From: Mobula hypostoma
Taxonomy: Eukaryota
Direction of reading: 5' to 3'
DNA length: 64,000 bases
Assembly (NCBI RefSeq): GCF_963921235.1
Contig: NC_086101.1
Span: forward strand, 6,636,001 to 6,700,000
The translations under genes were made by a program, and so were the position numbers. The first letter of the stretch is position 1. Each line of letters opens with the position of its first letter. The notes below the pieces were generated by a model, which saw nothing but the letters and a program-made list of their open reading frames with translations, had not been told where the DNA came from and ran no database searches. Of the stretch, positions 13,094 to 23,975 are shown piece after piece.

Positions 13094-13816
13094 ATCAAAG
13101 TGGATAGTGAACGTTTTTTTCAAGTATGTGTAAAATAAAAGAGAAATAAGAGTAGATATTGGACCACTAGAAAATGAGGCAGGGGAATAATAACTGGGGA
13201 CAAGGAGATGGCTGATGAAGACACTAACAGTATGCCTGATGTTGTAGTGTGTGATGGAAGAGAAGTGGGTGCAGTTACTGTTACAAAAGAGAAGGTGCTC
13301 AAAAAGCTTAAAGAGCTAAAGGTATGTAAATCACCCAGACCAGATGAACTGCACCCTCGGGTTCTGAAAGAGGCAGCATTAGAGATTGTGGTGGCATTAG
13401 ACATGACCTTCCAGAAAAGTTTGGACTCTGATATGGTGTCAGAGGACTGAAAAATTGCAAATGTCACTTCACTCTTTAAGAAAGGAGGAAGGCAGCAGAA
13501 AGGAAATTATAGACCAGTTAGCCTGACCTCAGTGGTTGGGAAGATGTTAGAGTTAATTGTTGAGGATGAGGTGATGGAGTGCTTGGTAACACAGGACAAG
13601 ATAGGTCAAAGTCAACATGGTTTCCTCAAGGGAAAATCTTGCCTGACAAACTTGATGGAATACTTTGAGGAGATTACAAGTAGGATTGACAGAGGTGATG
13701 CAGCGGATGTTATATATTTGGATTTTCAGAAGGCCTTTGGCAATGTACCACACATGAGGTTGCTTACCAAGTTAAGAGCCCATGGTAATACAGGAAAGTT
13801 ACTAACATGGTTAGAA

Positions 13817-15692
13817 GCAACATACATCAAAGTTGCTGGTGAACGCAGCAGGCCAGGCAGCATCTATATTAAGTTCCCTGGCCCCCACCGCTTTATTTTC
13901 ACCTTGGATGTCCAGTCCCTATATACTTCCATCCCCCATCAGGAAGGTCTCAAAGCTCTACGCTTCTTTTTGGATTCCAGACCTAATCAGTTCCCCTCTA
14001 CCACCACTCTGCTCCGTCTAGCAGAATTAGTCCTTACTCTTAATAATTTCTCCTTTTGCTCCTCCCATTTCCTCCAAACTAAAGGTGTAGCTATGGGCAC
14101 CCGTATGGGTCCTAGCTATGCCTGCCTTTTTGTTGGGTTTGTGGAACAATCTATGTTCCGTGCCTATTCTGGTATCTGTCCCCCACTTTTCCTTCGCTAC
14201 ATCGACGACTGCATTGGCGCTGCTTCCTGCACGCATGCAGAACTCGTTAACTTTATTAACTTTGCCTCCAACTTTCACCCTGCCCTCAAGTTTACCTGGT
14301 CCATTTCTGACACCTCCCTCCCCTTTCTAGATCTTTCTGTCTCTGTCTCTGGAGACAGCTTATCCACTGATGTCTACTATAAGCCTACTGACTCTCACAA
14401 CTATCTGGACTATTCCTCTTCTCACCCTGTCTCTTGCAAAAACGCCATCCCCTTCTCGCAATTCCTCCGTCTCCGCCGCATCTGCTCTCAGGATGAGGCT
14501 TTTCATTCTAGGACGAGGGAGATGTCTTCATTTTTTAAAGAAAGGGGCTTCCCTTCCTCCACTATCAACTCTGCTCTTAAACGCATCTCCCCCATTTCAC
14601 GTACATCTGCTCTCACTCCATCCTCCCACCACCCCACTAGGAATAGGGTTCCCCTGGTCCTCACCTACCACCCCACCAGCCTCCGGGTCCAACATATTAT
14701 TCTCCGTAACTTCCGCCACCTCCAACGGGATCCCACCACTAAGCATATCTTTCCCTCCCCGCCTCTCTCTGCATTCCGCAGGGATCGCTCCCTACACAAC
14801 TCCCTTGTCCATTCATCCCCCCCATCCCTCCCCACTGATCTCCCTCCTGGCACTTATCCTTGTAAGCGGAACAAGTGCTACACATGCCCTTACACTTCCT
14901 CCCTTACCACCATTCAGGGCCCCAAACAGTCCTTCCAGGTGAGGCATCACTTCACCTGTGAGTCGACTGGGGTGATATACTGCATCCGGTGCTCCCGATG
15001 TGGCCTTTTATATATTGGTGAGACCCGACGCAGACTGGGAGACTGCTTTGCTGAACATCTACGCTCTGTCTGCCAGAGAAAGCAGGATCTCCCAGTGGCC
15101 ACACATTTTAATTCCACATCCCATTCCCATTCTGACATGTCTATCCACGGCCTCCTCTACTGTAAAGATGAAGCCACACTCAGGTTGGAGGAACAACACC
15201 TTATATTCCGTCTGGGTAGCCTCCAACCTGATGGCATGAACATTGACTTCTCTAACTTCCGCTAGGCCCCACCTCCCCCTCGTACCCCATCTGTTACTCT
15301 TTTTAATGCACACATTCTTTCTCTCACTCTCCTTTTTCTCCCTCTGTCCCTCTGAATATACCTCTTGCCCATCCTCTGGGTCACCCCCCCCCCCGTCTTT
15401 CTTCCCGGACCTCCTGTCCCATGATCCTCTCGTATCCCCTTCTGCCTATCACCTGTCCAGCTCTCGGCTCCATCCCTCCCCCTCCTGTCTTCTCCTATCA
15501 TTTTGCATCTCCCCCTCCCCCTCCAGCTTTCAAATCCCTTACTCACTCTTCCTTCAGTTAGTCCTGACGAAGGGTCTCAGCCTGAAACGTCGACTGCGCC
15601 TCTTCCTATAGATGCTGCCTGGCCTGCTGCGTTCACCAGCAACTTTGATGTATGTTGCTTGAATTTCCAGCATCTGCAGAATTCCTGTTGTT
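13817..15692 (+). mobile_element. Penelope-like element (Neptune type), 5'-truncated, with inverted 5' pLTR
   Basis: 14-bp TSD TAACATGGTTAGAA (13803-13816 / 15693-15706); inverted pLTR piece 13817-13867; open RT (DVQSLYT, GVAMGT, RYIDD), Cys-rich linker CKRNKCYTC, GIY-YIG (VIYCIRCSRCGLLYIGET), stop at 15265; pLTR downstream. Confidence 0.95.
15560..15595 (+). ncRNA. Minimal hammerhead ribozyme motif in Penelope pLTR
   Basis: AGTC CTGACGA AGG gtctcag CCT GAAAC GTC GACT. Confidence 0.8.
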
Positions 15693-16784
15693 TAACATGG
15701 TTAGAACATTGACTGATTGGTAGGAAGCAGTAAGTGGGAATAAAAGGACCCTTTTCTGGTTGGCTGCCAGTGACTAGTGTTGTTCCACATGTTCTGTGTT
15801 GGGACCACTTCTTTTTATGCTGAATACAAATGACATAGATGATAGAATAGATGCCTTTGTTGCCAAGTTTGCAGCTGGTACAAAGTTTGGTGGAGGGGCA
15901 GGTTGTGTTGAGGAAACAGGAGGGGTGCAGAAGGACTTAGACAGGTTAGGAGAATTAGCAAGAAAGTGGCAAATGAAATACAATGTTGGAAAATGCATGG
16001 TCATGCACTTTGGTAGTAGAAATAAATGTATGGACTATTTTCGAAATGGGGAGAAAATCCAAAAATCTTAGGTGCAAAGGAACTTGGGAGTGCTGGTGCA
16101 GAACTCCCGAAAGGTTTACTTGCAAGTCGAGTCGGTGGTGAGGAAGGCAAATGCCATGTTAGCATTCATTTCAAGAGATCTAGAATACAAGAGCAAGGAT
16201 GTGATGCTGAGGCTTTATGAAGCACTGGTGAGGCCTCACCTTGAGAAATGTTAACAGGTTTGGGCCCTCATCTATGAAAAGATGTGCTGGCATTGGAGAG
16301 GGTCCTGATGAGGTTCACAACGGTGATTCCAGGAATGAAAGGGTTATCTCACGAGGAATGTTTGATGGCTCTGGGACTGTACTCACTGGAATTCAGAAAG
16401 ATGAGGGGGGATTTCAGTGAAACTTTACGAATGTTGAAAGGCTGAGACAGAGTAGATTTGGAAACGATGTTTCCCGTGGTGGGAGAGTCTAGGACAAGAG
16501 GGCACAGCCTCAGGATGGAGGGCAGCCTTTGGATACAGAGATGCTGAGAAATGTCTTTTCCCAGAGGGAGGTGAATTTGTGGAATTTATTGCCACATGCA
16601 GCTGTAGAGGCCAGGTCATTGGGTGTATTTAAGGAAGAGATTGATAGGTTCTTGGCATCAAGGGATACGGGGAGAAGGTCGGACTCTGGGGTTGAGGAGG
16701 AGTGAAAAAAGGATCAGCCATGATTAAATGGCGGCGCAGACTCGATGGGCCAGATGGCCTAATCTGCTCCTGTGTCTGATGGTC

Positions 16785-17957
16785 TATTGGGTGCAGTTCT
16801 GGTCACCGAGCTGTAGAAAGGATGACATTCAGCTGGAATGTGTGCAGACAAGATTCACAGGAATGTTACCGGGGCTCAAGGGCTTCAGGAGAATCTGGAT
16901 CGACCTGGACTGTTTTCCCTGAAGCAATTGAGGCTGAGGGTTGATATTATTGTGCTTTATGAAATCCTGCAGGGCAGTGATGAGGTCGATGGTCACAGTC
17001 TTTCCCCAGGGGAGGGAAGTCTAAAACTAGAGGATACTGATTTAAGCTCAGAGGGTAAAGATCAGCAGGAGACCTGAGCAGCAAATTTTCCACACAGTCA
17101 GTGGTCGGTAAATGGGATGAGCTGCCAGAGGAAATGGTAGACGCTGATTGAACTGAAACATTTTTAAGACATTTAGACAAGTTCTTGATTGAAAATGTTC
17201 AGAGGAAGTCTGGTCAAATGCCGTCAAATGGGAGGTGCTGAGAAAGCCACCTTGGTTGTCGGGGACATGTTACGCTGAAGGGCCGGTGTGCGTGCTGTCT
17301 ACCTCCATCAGTCTAATGAGGAAGAGTGGGACCTCACATCAGAGCAGGGCTGTACAGGGGTGAAGTCAGGAAGTTTTCCTGCATCCGTGTTTGAGTAATC
17401 CCAGTGTATCCAACACCTCACAATCTTCTGCTGCATGAAGATCCCCCATTTCAGTGTCAAAGATATTTGCCTGACAATTCAAATAATGGATATTTAATCT
17501 CCTTTTCACCCTCCTGCTTTACACCTCTATTTATTCCCCAGACCCTTCTATCCTCCCTCTGGTCAGTCTGTACACTGCTCTGAAGAACATCAGAAACAGA
17601 AGCGAGGAGGCCATTCAGCCCCTCACACCTGCTCTCCCATTAGACATGATCAGTACCACTTCCCTGTGCTAATGCTATTTCTACTGATTCACTTTGTATC
17701 CAAAACTCAATCCACATCTCTTTTCAACATAGTTGTTGTGTAAATGTGCAGAGCCCTGTTAGATTATGAACTGGGTAAATACGTTTATTCATCTCTGAAT
17801 GGTCGTCCCCTCACTCTGCCTCCTCATCCTGACACCCCCGTTACCAGAAACATCATCCCTGCATCTACCTGGGGAGCCTGGAGCAAGTCTCAGACTCTCT
17901 CTCTGTCTCCACCACACACAAATACACACAGAGGGCTCGGCCATTTACCTTTCTCCA
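16785..17957 (+). repeat. Segmental duplication, copy 1 (inverted copy at 45607-46783)
   Basis: Matching spurious ORFs on opposite strands (16838 vs 46489; 17744 vs 45595) and direct sequence comparison; includes old CR1 plus non-repeat sequence. Confidence 0.9.
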
Positions 17958-18637
17958 CTTCCACCCAGCGTCACCTGGAACTCTCTCACTGTTGATCCTC
18001 CTCATCCTTGTGTTTCCTGTCCTTTGGGTTTTCCCCTGTTGCTTCCCCTCAGTCTACCCGTCCTCAGACATCTCACCTCCAACACTTCCTCACCCCTCCA
18101 TTTACTGGGCCCTGCTTGCTACTTGGCACTCTCCCGCAGAGACCTCTCCTTCCCATCACTGGCCAATTGGCCTCAGCACTACCCCCTTCCCTCTCTCACC
18201 CCTCCTCCATGTGACCGTCCACCTCAGTCCTTTCCACTCACTCAGTCTCCAGCTCGGTGAACCTCACTGTGAACAGAAATGCCCCCCCACCAGAGTGAAG
18301 GGTCAGAGGTCTTCACACGCTGATCCCAGTGTCGATTTCTTTCAGGCCCCCCACCCCCGAGTCTTCCCGTGCCTTTTCTCCTCTCCTTCACTCAAACTCA
18401 CTCCAATGATAAGTTGGGACATGAATCACCTCAACAAGGATTGTGTGGCTGGCCCAGTGGGATTTTCCTTCAGCTTGGTACATGGGCCAGGTGGAAAGCT
18501 CGAGATGTTGCAACACCTACCCCCTTTAAATTCATCACTGAGTATGTCTATTATCTGTACACTGTTTGAGTTCTATATCAAATGAAGAGTGTCAAAGTTG
18601 AAGGAATGTTTGAATACAAGAATAAGCATCTGCTAGC

Positions 18638-20225
18638 AACATAGAAAACCTACAGCACAATACAGGCCCTTCAGCCCACAAAGCTTTGGCGTACATGTCA
18701 CCTCAGAAATTACCTAGAGCCCTCTATTTCTCTAAGCTCCATGTACTTATCCAGGAGTCTCGTAAAAGACCCTATTGTTTCCGCCTCGACACTCACCACT
18801 CAATGCATTTTAAAAAAAATTACCACTGACATCTCCTCTGTACCTACTTCCAAACACCTTAAAAATATGCCCTGTCGTGCTGGCCATTGTAGCCCTGGAA
18901 AAAAGCCTCTGACTATCCACACGATCAATGCCTCTCATCATCTTGTACACCTCTATCAGATCACCTCTCAAACCTCCGTCATCCAAGGAGAAAAGGTCAA
19001 GTTCACTCCTTGCAACAACCTTGTAAATCTCCTCTGCACCCTTTCTATGGTTCCTGCATCATTCCTGTAGTGAGGCGACCAGAACTGAGCACAGTACTCC
19101 AAGTGGGGTCTGACCAGGGTCCTATCTCGCTGTAACATTACCTCTCGGCTCTTAAACTCATTCACCACAATTGATGAAGGCCAATGCACTGTACGCCTTC
19201 TTAACCACAGAGTCAAACTGCGCAGAGGCTTTGAGTGTCCTATGGACTGGGACCCCAAGATCACTGTGATCCTCCACAATGCCAAGAGTATTACCATTAA
19301 AGCTGTGCATTCTGCAATCGTATTTGCCCTACCAAAATGAACCACCTCACACTTAACTGGGTTGAACTCCATCTGCCACTTCTCAGCCCAGTTTTGCATC
19401 CTATGAATGTCCCGCTGTAACTTCTGACATCCCTCCACACTATCCACAACACCCCCAAGCTTTGTGTCATCAGCAAATTTACTAACCCATCCCTCCACTT
19501 CCGCATCCAGGTCATTGATAAAAATCATGAAGAATAAGGGGTCGCAGATCAAATCCCTGAGGCACATCACTGGTCACCGATCTCCATGCAGAATATGACC
19601 CGTCTACAAACACTCTTTGTCTTCTGTGGGCAAGTGTCCCCTTGGATCCCATACCTCCTTACTTTCTCAATAAGCCTTGCATAGGGTACCTTATCAAATG
19701 CCTTGATAAAATCCATATACACTACGTCTATGGCTCTACCTTCATCAATGTGTTTAGTCACAGTCTCAAAAAATTCAATCAGGCTCGTGAGGCAAGACCT
19801 GCCTTTGACAAAACCATGCTGACAATTTCTAATCATATTATGCCTCTCCAAATGTTAATAAATCCTGCCTCTCAGGATCTTCTCCATCAACTTACCAACC
19901 ACTGAAGTAAGACTTACTGGTCTATAATTTCCTGGGCTATCTCTACTCCCTTTACTGAATAAGGGAACAACATCCACAGCCCTCCAATCCTCCGGAACCT
20001 CTCCCGTTCTCATTAATGATGCAAAGATCATTGCCAGAGGCTCGGCAAACTCCTCCCTCAATTCCCACAGCAGCCTGAGGTAGATTCCGTCTGGTCCCGG
20101 AGACTTATCCAACTTGATGCTTTCCAAAAGCACCAGCACATCCTCTGCCTTGATATCTAAATGCTCAAGCTTTTCAGTCCACTGAAAGTCATCCCTACAA
20201 TCATCAAGATCCCTTTCTGCAGTGA
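18638..20225 (-). mobile_element. CR1 LINE fragment, degraded
   Basis: RT remnants in ORFs 18968-19570, 19567-19851 and 19855-20307 (FADD, YRPVSLTSVVGK). Confidence 0.9.
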
Positions 20226-20239
20226 AGGGGGGCGGGGGC

Positions 20240-21720
20240 AATAGACAATAGGTGCAGGAGTAGGCCATTCGGCCCTTCGAGCCAGCACTGCCATTCACTG
20301 TGATCATGGCTGATCATCCACAATCAATATCCAGTTCCTGCCTTATCCCCATAACCTTTGATTCCGCTCTCTTTAAGAGCTCTATCCATCTCTTTCTTGA
20401 AAGCATGCAGAGACTTGGCCTCCACTGTCTTCTGGGGCAGAGCATTCCATATATCCACCACTCTCTGGGTGAAAAAGTTTTTCCTCAACTCCGTTCTAAA
20501 TGGCCTACCTCTTATTCTTAAATTGTGGCCTCTGGTTCTGGACTCACCCATCAGCGGGAACATGCTTCCTGCCTCCAGCGTGTCCAATCCCTTAATAATC
20601 TTAAGTTTCAATAAGATCCCCTCTCAGCCTTCTAGATTCCAGAGTATCCAAGCCCAGTCGCTCCAATCTTTCGACATATGACAGTCCTGCCATCCCGGGA
20701 ATTAACCTTGTGAACCTACGCTGCACTCCCTCAATAGCAAGAATGTCCTTCCTCAAATTTGGAGACCAAAACTGCACACAGTACTCCAGGTGTGGTCTCA
20801 CCAGGGCCCTGTACAACTGCAGAAGGACCTCTTTGCTCTTATACTTAATTCCCCTTGTATTGAAGGGCAGCATGCCATTAGCTTTCTTCACTGCCTGCTG
20901 TACTTGCATGCTTGCTTTCAGTGACTGATGTACAAGAACACCCAGATCTCGTTGTACTTCCCCTTTTCTTAACTTGACTCAATTTAGATAATAATCTGTC
21001 TTCTTGTTCTTACCACCAAAGTGGATAACCTCACATTTATCCACATTAAACTGCATATGCCCACTCACACAGGTTGTCCAAGTCACCCTGCATTCTCATA
21101 ACATCCTCCTCACATTTCACACTGCCAACCAGCTTTGTGTCATCAGCAAATTTGCTAATGTTACCTTTAATTCCCTCATCTAAATCATTAATATATATTG
21201 TAAACAGCTGCAGTCCCAGCACCGAACCCTGCGGTACCCCACTGGTCACTGCCTGCCATTCCGAAAGGGACCCGTTAATCGCTACTCTTTGTTTTCTGTC
21301 TGCCAGCCAATTTTCAATCCATGTCAGTACTCTGTCCCCAATAGCATGTGCCCTAATTTTGCCCACTAATCTCCTATGTGGGACTTTATCAAAGGCTTTC
21401 TGAAAGTCCAGGTACACTGCATCCACTGGCTCTCCCTTGTCCATTTTCAAAGTTACATCCTCAAAAAATTCCAGATTAGTCAAGCACGATTTCCCCTTCG
21501 TAAATCCATGCTGATTCAGACCGATCCTGTTACTGTTATCCAGATGTGTCGTAATTTCATCTTTTATAATTGACTCCAGCATCTTTCCCACCACCGACGT
21601 CAGGCTAACCGGTCTATTATTCCCTGTTTTCTCTCTTCTTCCCTTCTTGAAGAGAAGGACAACATTAGCCACCCTCCAATCCACAGGAACTGATCCTTAA
21701 TCTATAGAACACTGGAAAAG
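20240..21720 (-). mobile_element. CR1 LINE 3' fragment
   Basis: ORFs 21046-21684, 20601-20909 and 20324-20611; CAATAGA-type tail at the left end. Confidence 0.9.
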
Positions 21721-21961
21721 TACACCAAGTACTATCATCTCATGTTCTCAATATTTGTAGACTTCTGATTGTAAACTTCAGGAGAAGGAAACCAGAGGTC
21801 CATCTTCATTGGAAGATCAGAGGGGGAGAGGGCCAGTAAGTTTAAATTCTCAGAGAATCTGTCCTGGACCCTGTCCTGTCATATAAATCTAACTGCAAAG
21901 AAAGAATTGCAGCACCAATACTTCCTCAGGAGTCTGTGGAGATTCATCATCTGAATGATGA

Positions 21962-22730
21962 ACCATTATTATCTGAATGGTGGCCGATTAGGAAAAGGGG
22001 AGGTGCAACGAGACCTGGGTGTCGTTATACACCAGTCATTGAAAGTGGGCATGCAGGTACAGCAGGCAGTGAAAAAGGCGAATGGTATGCTGGCATTCAT
22101 AGCGAGAGGATTCGAGTACAGGAGCAGGGAGGTACTACTGCAGCTGTACAAGGCCTTGGTGAGACCACACCTGGAGTATTGTGTGCAGTTTTGGTCCCCT
22201 AATCTGAGGAAAGACATCCTTGCCATAGAGGGAGTACAAAGAAGGTTCACCAGATTGATTCCTGGGATGGCAGGACTTTCATATGATGAAAGACTGGATC
22301 AGCTAGGTTTATATTCGTTGGAATTTAGAAAATTGAGGGGGGATCTTATTGAAACGTATAAAATTCTAAAGGGATTGTACAGGCTAGATGTAGGAAGATT
22401 GTTCCTGATGTTGGGGAAGAACGAGGGGTCACAGTTTGAGGATAAAGGGGAAGCCTTTTAGGACCGAGATGAGGAAAAACTTCTTCACACAGAGAGTGGT
22501 GAATCTGTGGAATTCTCTGTCACAGGAAACAGTTGAGGCCAGTTCATTGGCTATATTTAAGAGAGAGTTAGATATGGCCCTTGTGGCTAAAGGGATCGGG
22601 GCTATGGAGGGAAGGCAAGTACAGGGTTCTGAGTTGGATGATCAGCCATGATCATACTGAATGGCGGTGCAGGCTCGAAGGGCCGAATGGCCTACTCCTG
22701 CACCTATTTTCTATGTTTCTGTGTTTCTGT
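21962..22730 (+). mobile_element. CR1 LINE 3' fragment
   Basis: ORF 21955-22461 is nearly identical to the C-terminal ORF2 of 3240-5120; ATGTTTCT tail. Confidence 0.9.
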
Positions 22731-23153
22731 CATGTTATCAAAAGCCTTGATAAACATCTATAGATGTATGGTGGAAGGTGCATTGACTGGTTGGATTATG
22801 GCCTGGTAGGGAAAACCAATGCCTTAATGCCTTTGTACATGGTCCACAATCCTCCATTCCCTGTCTGTTCATGTGTCTGTCTAAATGCCACTGAAATGTT
22901 GTTGTTGAATCTGCTTCCACCTCCTCTCCTGACAGCACGTTCCAGACACCGACCATTCTCTGTGTAAAAAAAACTTGCCTCATCAATCTCCTTTAAACCT
23001 TCTCCTCTCACCTTATATTTACCCCCTGTAGTATTTGACATTCCCACGCTGAGGATAAAGAGACTCTGACTGTCTGTAATGTCTGTGTCAGTTGTTGCTG
23101 ACTTTTCCCTCGACAGCTGCTGAGTCACTGTGTTCCCAGACTTCTGTACCCTG

Positions 23154-23776
23154 TGTAACGCCCGGGGTCACATTTTTACTGTTCTGCTGTAGGTATTTCA
23201 TTCAGCAGCTCTGTAAGATCAGTCAGTTCTGCTCTCAGCCTGTTTGGGTTATTGTTCAAGATAAGGGATGATGAGGAATGTGTGTCATCCAGTCAGGATG
23301 GTGGAACTAGGGGGAGGTTTTTCTGGTGAGGGACACTAAAGTTGGGCTTGGAGCTTTTGTTCGGCGGCAGATGAAGAGAGAAGACGCTGGAGAGAACAGG
23401 TCGTAAGATTCGATCCGGTGCGGGACCGTGATTCGATGAAGCCAAGTGCCGAGACCGATTGAGGATCGGTGAATATAATGAAACGTTGAGCTCCAACTTG
23501 TGAACATTTGACTGTTTAATTAAAATGCTTTTTCTCTTTTTGTTTTTCTTTACTAACCCTTTAGTTAGGTTAAATAATCATAAATAAATTTCCTTCGTTC
23601 GAATGCAGTGTCCTGTCTGCTGCTCCGTGGCACTAATATCTAACAGGGTAGCAAATTACACAGCATCCACACAAACCGGGGTTTCGGGTGGGAGAGCCGT
23701 CTCAATCTCACAAGTTTGACGGGACCGGACAGTGTCTTCCCAAGACTTACACAGACAAGGAAACCAGAGGGTTTCG
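23154..23776 (+). mobile_element. Solo LTR 4 (623 bp)
   Basis: Starts TGTAACG, ends GGGTTTCG (degenerate CA); TSD CCTG/CTTG; the empty site TAC-CTTG-TGAT is seen in the paralogue at ~52562-52572; internal AATAAA ~23583. Confidence 0.7.
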
Positions 23777-23958
23777 CTTGTGATCCCCTCAGTCTGTGAT
23801 GCTCGCTCCCTGGTAAGGACCGTGGGGGGGGGGTGTACCAGAGATTCCCCACAACCCCTGCTGGACAGTGGGGAGCGGCGGGTGTGCACTTGGCATCTTT
23901 TGACACATTCCATCCCGACTGGGTGAAACAGAGAGTGGAGCGAATAACTGGAGCAATG

Positions 23959-23975
23959 CCGCCACCTACTGGCCA
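23959..23975 (-). promoter_or_regulatory. CTCF-like motif
   Basis: Minus strand TGGCCAGTAGGTGGCGG, close to the CTCF core consensus; motif match only. Confidence 0.4.

Larger units (their letters stand above)
420..16785 (+). mobile_element. CR1 LINE (element A), degraded, interrupted by about 12 kb of nested insertions
   Basis: ORF1 esterase motif VVIGDSIVRGTDR (579-1556). The APE start YLNAWNIRNK...WELNVQGY breaks at ~1893 and resumes LYRRDRKVGRVGGVA at ~11601. RT pieces at 13208-13816 and 15707-16254; 3' end ~16784. The 5' boundary is approximate. Confidence 0.85.

Noticed and set aside
13532..15265. 577-aa ORF apparently fusing CR1 RT to Penelope RT and GIY-YIG
   Set aside because: The junction is exactly the Penelope insertion point (14-bp TSD) and the linker is the inverted pLTR. 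Both RTs are partial, so this is a chance in-frame read-through, not a new chimeric gene.
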